DNA of 64,000 nucleotides, taken from Candidatus Woesebacteria bacterium. Lineage in GTDB: Bacteria; Patescibacteriota; Microgenomatia; UBA1400; PJMF01. The translations under genes and the position numbers were made by a program. The DNA lies in assembly GCA_017999345.1 (NCBI GenBank), contig JAGNLY010000001.1:88744-152743 (forward strand), written 5' to 3'. Below are positions 26,830-36,075 of this stretch, one piece after another (the stretch's first letter is position 1; each line of letters begins with the position of its first letter). The notes under the pieces are model-generated. The model was not told the origin of the DNA, did not search any database, and worked only from the letters and a program-made list of their open reading frames with translations.

Positions 26830-27306
26830 ATGAAAATTAATCCTCAAGTAAAGATAGGCCATGTACATTTGACTGTTGCTGATCTCGATCGATCATTAGC
26901 TTTTTATCGTGATATTTTAGGATTTGAAGTAACAGCTCAATTTGGTAGCCAAGCAGTTTTTCTGTCCGCAGGTGGTTATCACCATCATATCGGTCTAAAT
27001 ACATGGGCAGGCAAGGGAGTTACCCCGCCACCTGAAGGACACTCAGGTTTATATCATTTTGCTATTTTGTTTCCGACAAGAAAAGAACTGGCCAAAGCAT
27101 TCAAAAATTTACTCGACGCCAATTATCCAATCAACGGAGCCTCTGATCATGGGGTTTCAGAAGCAATTTACCTTGAAGATCCTGACAAAATTGGCATTGA
27201 GTTGTATACAGATAGACCTGAAAATGAGTGGAAAAAAATTGATGGTCAAATAGAAATGGTGAGTCAGCCACTCGATTTAGATGAGTTATTAGCAGAATTG
27301 GAATAA
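26830..27306 (+). CDS. VOC family protein (glyoxalase / extradiol dioxygenase fold)
   Basis: IGHVHLTVADLDRSLAFYRDILGFEV...HHIGL match the VOC family. Confidence 0.8.
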   Translation: MKINPQVKIGHVHLTVADLDRSLAFYRDILGFEVTAQFGSQAVFLSAGGYHHHIGLNTWAGKGVTPPPEGHSGLYHFAILFPTRKELAKAFKNLLDANYPINGASDHGVSEAIYLEDPDKIGIELYTDRPENEWKKIDGQIEMVSQPLDLDELLAELE

Positions 27307-27361
27307 TAAATTATTTAAAAGTAGTCTTGACAACCCTTCTAACATATTCTAAAATTAGAAT

Positions 27362-27847
27362 ATGTATACACAAATCTTTGAGTTACAAGCTGACCTTCTA
27401 CAATCTTTAGCACATCCGCGTCGTTTGGAAATTATTCAATTACTTCGAGACCAAGAACTTCCAGTAAGTGACATTCATACCATGCTCGATCTCCCCCAAG
27501 CTAATATTAGTCAACATTTGATGATCTTGCGTGATGCACAAGTCGTCAAAACTAGAAGAGACGGCAAGCAAGTTTATTATTCACTGAATAACGAAAAAAT
27601 CCTTCAGGCCAATGATCTATTGAGAGAGGTATTAATTGATCAGTACAAAGGCACTGAAGTGGCTGATGACTTAACCCTAAAAATGAAAGACCTTGTGCCA
27701 GTTGTCCACGATCCAGTCTGTCAAATGAGAGTTTCTCCAAAGACTGCAAGTTTTACCTATAGCCATCAGGGTGAAGATTATTTTTTTTGTGCAAGCGGCT
27801 GTCTAAAAACATTTAAAACCAATCCAGAAAAATATACTAACCATTAA
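27362..27847 (+). CDS. ArsR/SmtB family metal-responsive regulator fused to a C-terminal YHS/TRASH metal-binding domain
   Basis: The winged HTH region is LAHPRRLEIIQLL...ISQHLMILRDAQVV. The C-terminal DPVCQMRV...FFCASGC matches a YHS domain. Confidence 0.8.
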   Translation: MYTQIFELQADLLQSLAHPRRLEIIQLLRDQELPVSDIHTMLDLPQANISQHLMILRDAQVVKTRRDGKQVYYSLNNEKILQANDLLREVLIDQYKGTEVADDLTLKMKDLVPVVHDPVCQMRVSPKTASFTYSHQGEDYFFCASGCLKTFKTNPEKYTNH

Positions 27848-27878
27848 AACAGAAATGATCAAACTGCGTGACGGACAT

Positions 27879-30203
27879 ATGAAAAAAACTGTAACAGTAA
27901 AAGGCATGCATTGTGCGAGTTGTAGCTCAATCATTACGAAAAAAATTAACAAATTGCCTGGGGTGGAAGCTTGTACGATTAACATAGTTTCTGAAAAGGC
28001 TTCATTAGAATATGATCCTGCCAAAGTGAATATAGACCATATGAATGAAGAGATTGGTAAGCTTGGCTATAGTTTTGTTGATCGCTCTGGCAATCATGAA
28101 AAAACTGAGCAACAGCCAGCTCATGACATGTCCAATATGCCGGCAGGTATGGATCATAGTGAGCACTTAGGTCTCAATCAGTCCAAAGATGAAAAATTAA
28201 AAGAACTAGAAAAGTTAAGAAGAAAAGTTGAATTTGTTGTGCCTATTACGTTTTTGGTTTTCGTATTAATGATGTGGGAACTCGGATCACAAGTATTTAG
28301 TTGGCTGCCACGATTGCCATTGCCAATGGCCTTGTTTAACACAATTAGTTTTCTTTTAGCTACAGTAGTTTTATTCTGGATTGGCAGACCTTTTCTCAAT
28401 GCTGTTAAAAGATTTGCTGTCTACAGAGTAGCTAACATGGATACATTGGTCGGCATAGGTACGCTGACAGCCTACATTTATAGTTCACTAGTCTTTTTAG
28501 TTCCACCGGTTGGACAGTTATTGCAGGCGAGTGAGTACACCTACTTTGATGTAACCATTGTTGTGATTGGTTTTATTGTTTTTGGCAAATACTTAGAGGC
28601 TGGTTCAAAGTTAAAAACTGGAGAAGCAATTCAGAAGCTAATTGGATTACAAGCCAAAGATGCTACTGTGATACGTCATGGTAAAGAAATAAAAATTCCA
28701 ATAGAGCAAGTTATTATTGGTGATATATTAATCGTTAAGCCTGGTCAAAAAATTCCAGTTGATGGCGAAATTACTCAAGGGACAACTTCGATTGATGAAT
28801 CGATGATTACCGGTGAATCAATTCCAGTTGATAAGAAAATTGGCGACATCGTGATTGGTTCAACAATTAATAAACAAGGATCCTTACAAGTTAAAGCCAC
28901 TAAGGTTGGTGGTGGGACTGTTTTGTCCCAAATTATCAAAATGGTTGAGGAGGCTCAAGGTTCTAAAGCTCCTATAGAAAAACTAGCTGACCAAGTTTCT
29001 GCAGTGTTCGTGCCTGTTGTTCTAGTCTTTGCCGTACTTGTGTTAATAGCTTGGATATTAATTGGTTCTCAATTTATGCCGCTTTCTCAAGCTGTAACTT
29101 TAGGTTTGCTTAGTTTTGTAGGTGTCCTAGTTATTGCTTGTCCATGTGCGATGGGCTTAGCTACACCTACTGCCGTTATCGTTGGAGTTGGTAAGGCAGC
29201 ACAGAATGGTATTCTCATTAAAAATGCGGAAAGTTTGGAAAAGTTTAACGGAGTCAATTTCGTGGTGATGGATAAAACTGGGACGATCACCAAAGGCCAA
29301 CCAGAATTGATCGACATTAAGACCGTAGGGGATGAGTCTGAAAAAGAAGTCCTTCAATTATTAGCTTCACTAGAAGCTTTATCAGAACACCCGTTAGCGG
29401 AAGCTATTGTTAAAAGGGCGCAAGAATTGAATCTGACTTTAAATAAAGTTAAGGATTTTGCAGCGATTGAAGGTAAAGGTTTGCGAGGTAGTATCGATGG
29501 CAAAGAATACTTGGCTGGAAATTTAAAACTAGTAAAAGATTTAAATTTAAAAGTTGATCAAGAAGTCATTGATGGCTTTAGTTTGCAGGGAAAAACACCG
29601 GTGGTACTAATGACTAAGCAAAATATTATCGCCTACATCAGCATTGCTGACACTGTTAAAGCTGATGCTAAACAAGTAGTCGCTGATCTTCATAGTCAAG
29701 GTATTAAAGTTGCTATGTTAACTGGAGATAACCAAAAAACTGCTCAATATATCGCTAACCAAGTTGGGATTGATCGAGTTCTTGCCGAAGTTCTACCTGT
29801 AGACAAAGTCAATGAAATTAAAAAACTTCAGAAAGAAGGTTATCGAGTTGCGATGGTGGGCGATGGCATTAACGATGCACCAGCTTTAACCACCGCTGAT
29901 GTTGGAGTAGCTATGGGAACAGGTACTGATGTCGCCATTGAATCAGCTGGGATTACTTTATTGGGTGGTCAGATTTCTAAACTGCCTAAAGCAATCAAGC
30001 TTGCCAGGGCAACTATGAGAACTATCAAACAAAATTTATTTTGGGCCTTTTTCTACAATGTCGTAGGTATACCAATAGCAGCCGGTTTGTTGTACCCTTT
30101 CTTTGGAATTTTGCTTAACCCAGGGATTGCGGGAGCGGCTATGGCCTTTTCAAGTGTCAGTGTGGTTTTAAATGCCTTGAGATTGAAAACTGTAAAGTTG
30201 TAA
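27879..30203 (+). CDS. copA: Copper-translocating P1B-type ATPase (CopA)
   Basis: An N-terminal HMA domain (GMHCASCSS) is present. Further motifs are TGES, the CPC motif (IACPCAMGLATP), DKTGTIT and GDGINDAP. An alternative start lies at 27855. Confidence 0.9.
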   Translation: MKKTVTVKGMHCASCSSIITKKINKLPGVEACTINIVSEKASLEYDPAKVNIDHMNEEIGKLGYSFVDRSGNHEKTEQQPAHDMSNMPAGMDHSEHLGLNQSKDEKLKELEKLRRKVEFVVPITFLVFVLMMWELGSQVFSWLPRLPLPMALFNTISFLLATVVLFWIGRPFLNAVKRFAVYRVANMDTLVGIGTLTAYIYSSLVFLVPPVGQLLQASEYTYFDVTIVVIGFIVFGKYLEAGSKLKTGEAIQKLIGLQAKDATVIRHGKEIKIPIEQVIIGDILIVKPGQKIPVDGEITQGTTSIDESMITGESIPVDKKIGDIVIGSTINKQGSLQVKATKVGGGTVLSQIIKMVEEAQGSKAPIEKLADQVSAVFVPVVLVFAVLVLIAWILIGSQFMPLSQAVTLGLLSFVGVLVIACPCAMGLATPTAVIVGVGKAAQNGILIKNAESLEKFNGVNFVVMDKTGTITKGQPELIDIKTVGDESEKEVLQLLASLEALSEHPLAEAIVKRAQELNLTLNKVKDFAAIEGKGLRGSIDGKEYLAGNLKLVKDLNLKVDQEVIDGFSLQGKTPVVLMTKQNIIAYISIADTVKADAKQVVADLHSQGIKVAMLTGDNQKTAQYIANQVGIDRVLAEVLPVDKVNEIKKLQKEGYRVAMVGDGINDAPALTTADVGVAMGTGTDVAIESAGITLLGGQISKLPKAIKLARATMRTIKQNLFWAFFYNVVGIPIAAGLLYPFFGILLNPGIAGAAMAFSSVSVVLNALRLKTVKL

Positions 30204-30258
30204 GGAATTGGGAAATTTATTCAAATTAGTAGGATATTCCCCAAAATTGTAATTAGCT

Positions 30259-31047
30259 CTATATTTTTCGCAACACGAAGTCTCTTATTTTATCTGGCAA
30301 TATGGTAGCTATTTGAACTAAATACCAATATTTGTTTGGGGCAACATATCTAATTTTGGGATTTTTATTTTCTACTGCATCTACGATCGCGTTTACAACA
30401 GAATCTGTTTTATATTGGTTTTGTAAAAGTGATTGATGATGTTTTTGCATCCTTAAAATTTCGTTTTTGGGGATAGCACTTTTTGGTAGCCAATGGTTTT
30501 TGCTCTCAACCATTTCTTCATTAAATCCTGTGGCGAAAGGTCCTGGTTCAATTATACTTACAAAAATTCCATAAGGACGAAGTTCTTGTCTAAGACTATC
30601 AGAAGCAGCTTCGAGAGCAAATTTTGTTGCATTATAAATGCCTAGATATGGGATTGCGATTTTACCAGCCACAGAACTTATATTAATGATTCTCCCTTTA
30701 TTTTTTTTAATAAATTTTGGTGTAAAAAGTTGGATCATCGCTAATGTCCCAAAAACATTTACCTCAAAATTATTTTTAATTTCATTCATTGGCACATAAG
30801 AAATTGGTCCTGATCTGCCTATTCCTGCGTTATTTATTAGCACGTCAATTTCTAAGTTTTCAAATTTTTTACGATCAGTTTCTAAAGTAATGTCGCCAAC
30901 TAGTGGTGTAATATTTGTTAAAGATTTAAATTTGTCTAAATCTGTTTTTGAATGGATTAATGCAAATACGTGGTGGTTGCGTTTTGCTAGTTTGAGAGTT
31001 GTAGCGTAACCAATTCCAGAGCCTGCTCCTGTGATTAGAATATTCAT
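30259..31047 (-). CDS. SDR family NAD(P)-dependent oxidoreductase
   Basis: Glycine-rich loop TGAGSGIG, an NNAG motif, and a catalytic YxxxK (YNATK). Confidence 0.85.
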   Translation of the reverse strand: MNILITGAGSGIGYATTLKLAKRNHHVFALIHSKTDLDKFKSLTNITPLVGDITLETDRKKFENLEIDVLINNAGIGRSGPISYVPMNEIKNNFEVNVFGTLAMIQLFTPKFIKKNKGRIINISSVAGKIAIPYLGIYNATKFALEAASDSLRQELRPYGIFVSIIEPGPFATGFNEEMVESKNHWLPKSAIPKNEILRMQKHHQSLLQNQYKTDSVVNAIVDAVENKNPKIRYVAPNKYWYLVQIATILPDKIRDFVLRKI

Positions 31048-31054
31048 AAGGTAA

Positions 31055-31315
31055 TCAAGATGCTTCAGCTTCTTTTTCCATTTTCATCAAACGCGTGTAA
31101 TAATCGGGAAACTCATTAAGATGAGCGAGTGCAATTTTACCAGTTACTGTCAAGTCATCATGGCTTACATCAGTAGAAGGATTAACACTTCCATGTTCCA
31201 TTTCTACTTCCATACCCATCTTATATTGATCTACGTCAAATTTATCCCAAGTAATTCCTAGTTTTTCTCCAGTCTGTTTAGCTTCTTCTACAGAAATTAA
31301 TTTTTTTACTGACAT
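31055..31315 (-). CDS. Hypothetical small protein of 86 aa
   Basis: ORF immediately upstream of the SDR gene on the same strand. Confidence 0.5.
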   Translation of the reverse strand: MSVKKLISVEEAKQTGEKLGITWDKFDVDQYKMGMEVEMEHGSVNPSTDVSHDDLTVTGKIALAHLNEFPDYYTRLMKMEKEAEAS

Positions 31316-31463
31316 AAAAGATTTTTCCTTACATATTTAATTGTACTCGTCTTTTATGGAAAAGGTGAGGAGTATACCTAATTTTACAAATGATGGAGCG
31401 TGATCCTAGACAAAAAATCATCTTCTATATAGATTTTTTTTAAATAGGCGTATCATCAATTTA

Positions 31464-31781
31464 ATGATGTCTATAGAATATTTACGACAATTTAAAATTG
31501 GACAATTTGCAATTTTTGACATAGTAATTTCTTATGTGGGAATTGCAATTCTTTCACCTATTTTAATTTGGCTTGCATCAAAATTTAATCTCAAAATTCC
31601 CGTTGTTTCATGGCTTTGGTTCAACTTGCCGATAGCTGTTATCTTTCATATTATTTTTGGTCAATCAACTCCAATGATGAAAATGTTTTCAGACCCTTGG
31701 AATTATCAATTTTATGTTGTTGTTTTAATTCTTATTTTTATGACCCATATGGGCATAAGAAAAATTCACAAAATTAATTAG
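31464..31781 (+). CDS. Hypothetical membrane protein of 105 aa
   Basis: Three predicted transmembrane helices. Confidence 0.5.
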   Translation: MMSIEYLRQFKIGQFAIFDIVISYVGIAILSPILIWLASKFNLKIPVVSWLWFNLPIAVIFHIIFGQSTPMMKMFSDPWNYQFYVVVLILIFMTHMGIRKIHKIN

Positions 31782-31925
31782 TCTTTAGGAGCACCTTTGT
31801 ACTTTTTCTTGTTTATCGTCATCACCAACTGAAGCTACTGTATTCAATCAGCTATTACCAGTCTGTAATGAAAAAAGTGGCAACTAACCACAAACTAGAT
31901 ACCCAATAGATTATAATTGATCACA

Positions 31926-32585
31926 ATGATTAAAAGTAAGACCAAAGTTTTTGAAGATTTTTTCTCTCAGTTTCAATTACGAAAGTATAAATAAGGAGAA
32001 ATGTTGATACGAGCAGATGATGATCCTCAGGGAATTTTTTTTCTTACCAAAGGTTATGTTCGTCAATACATTATTTCTAGAACTGGTGAAGAACTAACGT
32101 TACATATTTTACAACCGATTTCCTACTTTCCTATGGTTTGGGCATTTAACGATACGCCAAATGAATATTTTTATGAAGCACTCACCCCAGTTGAAATTGG
32201 TAGAGCACCAAGGGATCAAGTTTTGGAATTTATAAAAGATAAGCCAGATTTAATTTTTGAACTCATGAGTGCGTTACTCAAACGTTATGAAGAATCATTA
32301 ACAAGAATAGAACATTTAGTTTTTAGTGATGCATATAGAAGAGTGATTTCTGTCCTGCTTTATATTGCTCAATATTTTGGTAAAAAAAGTGGGACTAAGG
32401 TGGTTGTAGATCATCGTTTCACCCATCAGGATATTTCGACTTTAGTTGGTGTTGCTAGAGAGACCGTCAGTATTGAAATGGGTAAACTGGCTCAAAACAA
32501 TCTGGTTGAATTTGTTGAACGCGCCATGATTTTTAGTAATATTGAAAAACTTGAACAAGAACTAGTTAGCGTTAAAAAACTCTAG
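31926..32585 (+). pseudogene. Crp/Fnr family transcriptional regulator interrupted by an in-frame TAA at 31992-31994
   Basis: The 5' piece encodes MIKSKTKVFEDFFSQFQLRKYK and is followed by TAA in the same frame. The downstream ORF (32001-32585) continues GEMLIRADDDPQGIFFLTKGYVRQY, which is the cNMP-binding beta-roll, and carries a C-terminal HTH (ISTLVGVARETVSIEMGKL). The stop sits exactly where the conserved K of the KKGE motif is expected. Confidence 0.6.
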
Positions 32586-32700
32586 TTAACAGTTAGCTAG
32601 TAATCTCCCTCACAAATTTATTCACTGTTAAATCACTGAAGTAATCGATTGATTGGCATATGCTTTCTTTAGAAGTAAATATATAAGGAAGGTAAATTGA

Positions 32701-32919
32701 ATGCCAACAATTATAAACAATCCAACCCCACAGAAAGATTCTGGAGGCATGGGATTCCTAATAGGAATTATCATATTCATAGTTTTCTTGGGAGTGCTGA
32801 TATTTTATGGGATTCCAGCGTTTCAAAATAGGGGTCCAATAGAGGTGAACTTGCCAGAGACCCAAATTAATATGCCTGCACCTGAGGTGAATGTTGAAGC
32901 TCCTGCGCCTACAGAATAA
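32701..32919 (+). CDS. Small hypothetical membrane protein of 72 aa
   Basis: One transmembrane helix and a proline-rich C-terminus. Confidence 0.45.
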   Translation: MPTIINNPTPQKDSGGMGFLIGIIIFIVFLGVLIFYGIPAFQNRGPIEVNLPETQINMPAPEVNVEAPAPTE

Positions 32920-32949
32920 TTAATAAATAATAAAAAGAAAGTGAAGATT

Positions 32950-33216
32950 ATGACTAATAAAAATCAAAAACAAACTGTTGTCGCTGCAGTGACTGGAGCC
33001 GTTGTTGGCGCCGGGGTTGTTGCTGCAGGAATAGTGGCGATGAGAAATAATAAAAATAGAGCTAAAGCCAAAGAGATTGTCAATCAAGTCAAAGCAAAGG
33101 CTTCTGAGTATATGAAATCAGCTAAAGATCAAGCTGATGACGGGAAAACAAAATTAAAACAAACAGCCTCAGTTGCTAAACAATCAAAAAAGGAAGTGAA
33201 AAAAATATGGGATTAA
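32950..33216 (+). CDS. Small hypothetical membrane-associated protein
   Basis: A transmembrane helix (VVAAVTGAVVGAGVVAAGIVAM) followed by a Lys-rich helical tail. The start was set at ATG 32950; the ORF track starts at GTG 32941. Confidence 0.5.
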   Translation: MTNKNQKQTVVAAVTGAVVGAGVVAAGIVAMRNNKNRAKAKEIVNQVKAKASEYMKSAKDQADDGKTKLKQTASVAKQSKKEVKKIWD

Positions 33217-33353
33217 TTGACATCATCATCATAATTTTGATTATTTCTTGGATAGGTGGATTTTCGTTAAAAATTGGTGGCGGTCTAATACACGCACTGT
33301 TGGTTATCGCAGTAATAGTATTTATAGCTCGTTTATTGGGTTTTAAAATATAA
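33207..33353 (+). CDS. lmo0937-family small membrane protein of 48 aa, absent from the ORF track
   Basis: It translates to MGLIDIIIIILIISWIGGFSLKIGGGLIHALLVIAVIVFIARLLGFKI. The GGGLIH.LLVIA core is characteristic of the lmo0937 family. The gene overlaps the previous stop in the sequence ATATGGGATTAA. Confidence 0.6.
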   Translation: MGLIDIIIIILIISWIGGFSLKIGGGLIHALLVIAVIVFIARLLGFKI

Positions 33354-33426
33354 ATCCTTTATAAGCTTTCAAGCTTGTATTTATGAATGCGTTTATTAGC
33401 TCAATTCAAACTGATATAATAAACGC

Positions 33427-33732
33427 ATGTCAAAAAATCCATTCCTCAACGCGCTAGGCGCTTCAGTATACATTTTCTTGGTTGTTTCAGTGATGACATT
33501 CGTGACCCAACCTTTGAGAAACAAGCCAGATACCTTTTTTGCTCCAATTACAGTTCTATTTGTTTTAACCCTTTCAGTTGCGATAATGGCGTTTCTCTTT
33601 TTTTATCAACCTTTATTGCTTTTTATTGATGGAAAGAAAAAAGAAGCAGTAAATTTATTTGTTAAAACCATGGGGATTTTTGCAGCTATCACCGCTGTAG
33701 TTTTGACCTTACTTTTTATTGGTGTGATTTAG
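33427..33732 (+). CDS. Hypothetical membrane protein of 101 aa
   Basis: Three predicted transmembrane helices. Confidence 0.5.
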   Translation: MSKNPFLNALGASVYIFLVVSVMTFVTQPLRNKPDTFFAPITVLFVLTLSVAIMAFLFFYQPLLLFIDGKKKEAVNLFVKTMGIFAAITAVVLTLLFIGVI

Positions 33733-33733
33733 T

Positions 33734-34888
33734 TTATTTTTCAAAAAATTGCTCAATTTCTTTTTTAAGTGTTTCTAGATTAAATCCAGAGTTTGCAGAA
33801 ATTGAGATAATAGATTTTAGGTTTTCTTTAGTATCAGATTCAAATAAATAGCCACTAAGTTTTTGTTTTATCATTTCAAGTTGATCTGGAATTAAGAGAT
33901 CAACTTTATTTAATACCAAAATCACTGGTTGAGTAGCTTTTAAATTTTTTAATATATTTTGAACAACAATTACTTTATCTAAAACGCTGGGGTCACTAGC
34001 ATCGACAACATGTAGCAAAAGTTTTGCTTCAAGCGATTCAAGTAAAGTGGATTTGAAAGAATCGATTAAAACAGGAGGCAGGTTACTAATAAAGCCAATT
34101 GTGTCAGAAATCAGAATTGGTTGCTCAAACTTTACAGATTTTAGTTTGCCGACAACAGTATCAAGCGTAGTAAATAGTCCCTTATTAATCTCTTTTTCTT
34201 TATTTGTTAAAGCATTGAAGAGAGTGGTTTTTCCTGCACTAGTGTAACCAACCAAAGCGACCGGTCCAATTCCAAGGTCACTTCTTTTTTGAAGCCTTTT
34301 CTGTTTTTGTTTGATTAATTTTTTTAGCTCTTTATTGATTTTTTGTTGAGATACTTTTATTTGTCTGCGTTCAAACTCAATGTTTGTTTCTCCTTTTCCA
34401 CGAGTTCCAACACCTCCACCTTGTCGAGACAGTTCAGTAACCCCAAGACCATAAATTCTTGGTCCCATATGGGTTGCGCGAGCAAGTTTTATTTGAAGCT
34501 TTGATTCAACGGTGGTTGCATGTTGCTCAAAAATATTAAGAATTAGATCAATCCTATCCCAAACCATAATTTTGGTGGAAACTTCCCATAATTCTTTTTC
34601 AATTCTAAAAAGTTGACTACTTTTTACTAAACCATTAACCACGACTACATCAATTTTTTCAGCAAGACACCATTGTTTGAGTTCCTCCATTTTGCCAGCA
34701 CCAATGTAAAAATTTGGATCAGGATGATCCTTTTGCTGGATCATTTTTTTGATAACCACACCTCCAAAGGTAGATATAAGCTGCTCTGTTTCAAGCTGGT
34801 CCTTTTCTATTTCATTTATGTCAGATTGTTTCGGAACAACTTGAATTATTAAGAATCTACTGTTACTTTTTTGTTTGCCTTGGTTCAT
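33734..34888 (-). CDS. hflX: GTPase HflX
   Basis: G1 motif GYTSAGKTTLFNALT, a DTIGF motif and NKVD. The N-terminal HflX-type domain is present. Confidence 0.9.
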   Translation of the reverse strand: MNQGKQKSNSRFLIIQVVPKQSDINEIEKDQLETEQLISTFGGVVIKKMIQQKDHPDPNFYIGAGKMEELKQWCLAEKIDVVVVNGLVKSSQLFRIEKELWEVSTKIMVWDRIDLILNIFEQHATTVESKLQIKLARATHMGPRIYGLGVTELSRQGGGVGTRGKGETNIEFERRQIKVSQQKINKELKKLIKQKQKRLQKRSDLGIGPVALVGYTSAGKTTLFNALTNKEKEINKGLFTTLDTVVGKLKSVKFEQPILISDTIGFISNLPPVLIDSFKSTLLESLEAKLLLHVVDASDPSVLDKVIVVQNILKNLKATQPVILVLNKVDLLIPDQLEMIKQKLSGYLFESDTKENLKSIISISANSGFNLETLKKEIEQFFEK

Positions 34889-35021
34889 AACTAAGCATAG
34901 TTTAACCTAGTTTCATATTCCAAACAAATAGAATGATCTCTTTTTGAAGCATTTGGTTATAAATAAGTGAGATAGAGCTTGTGATATACTCAACTTACTT
35001 AGTAAGCTATGAAGGACTAAT

Positions 35022-35663
35022 ATGAAAAAATTTCATGCAGTTGTACTAATTGGCAGTGTGTTTTTATTTAGTGGATGTTTGAAAAAAACACCAAATACTA
35101 CTGCGACAATTGAAGACGGTCAAACGACTAAGGAATCTGTTTCTGAGTGGCAAAAAATTGGCGAAGCTATGGAATCTGGAAAATCAATTAAGTGTGAAAT
35201 GACCAACACACAAAATCAACAAACTAGCCAATATTATATGAATGGCGAAAAAGTTCGCGTCGATACATTAGATGAAAAAAATCCTGAGGCAAGTGGCTCG
35301 TTTTTAACTGACAGTGAGTTTATGTACACTTGGAACGATACAAAAAAAGAAGGTGTGAAATTTGCAGTAGTAGAGCCAACTGAAGATCAAGATGATCAGA
35401 AACTAGAACCTTCAGTATCAACAAAGACTCCTGACTTTTCAAAAGAGTCAGCATGGGAAGATTACAAAAATCTTGGTTATACTGTAACATGCACGACTGA
35501 ATCAGTTGATGACGCAATGTTTACGCCTCCAGCAGATGTTAAATTCACAGATATGAGTGCTTTCATGCAAAAACCACCAGTTAGTGGTGACAAAAGCAAA
35601 GATGATGAGCCAGAAATGAATCAAGAGCAAATCGATCAAATAATGAAACAATATCAAGAGTAG
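35022..35663 (+). CDS. Lipoprotein, hypothetical
   Basis: Signal peptide with a lipobox (LFSGC). The mature protein is acidic. Confidence 0.65.
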   Translation: MKKFHAVVLIGSVFLFSGCLKKTPNTTATIEDGQTTKESVSEWQKIGEAMESGKSIKCEMTNTQNQQTSQYYMNGEKVRVDTLDEKNPEASGSFLTDSEFMYTWNDTKKEGVKFAVVEPTEDQDDQKLEPSVSTKTPDFSKESAWEDYKNLGYTVTCTTESVDDAMFTPPADVKFTDMSAFMQKPPVSGDKSKDDEPEMNQEQIDQIMKQYQE

Positions 35664-35688
35664 AAATTATTTTTAGGAGGAAAATATT

Positions 35689-36069
35689 ATGTCTAAATAT
35701 GTTGATGGGTTCATACTCGTTGTTCCAAAGGATAAAACTGAAGATTATAAAAAAATGGCTGAAGGTGGCAGAGATTCATGGATGAAGAATGGTGCTCTTG
35801 GTTATTATGAATGCCAAGGCAATGATTTAAAGCCACAAGAAATGGGTGACGAAAAATCTCGTGATTTTACTGAAATGGCAGAAGCAACTGAGGGAGAGAC
35901 TGTCTGGTTTTCTTTTATAATTTTTAAATCTAAAGAACATCGTGATGAGGTTAATGCTAAGGTGATGGCAGAAATGAGCGAACAAATGAAAGAATTTTCA
36001 GATATGCAAATGCCAGTTGATATGAAAAGAATGGCTTATGGTGGTTTTCAAGTTGAGGTTGAGGGGTAG
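35689..36069 (+). CDS. DUF1428 domain protein
   Basis: The N-terminus MSKYVDGFILVVPKDKTEDYKKMAE matches the DUF1428 consensus. Confidence 0.7.
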   Translation: MSKYVDGFILVVPKDKTEDYKKMAEGGRDSWMKNGALGYYECQGNDLKPQEMGDEKSRDFTEMAEATEGETVWFSFIIFKSKEHRDEVNAKVMAEMSEQMKEFSDMQMPVDMKRMAYGGFQVEVEG

Positions 36070-36075
36070 GAAGTT

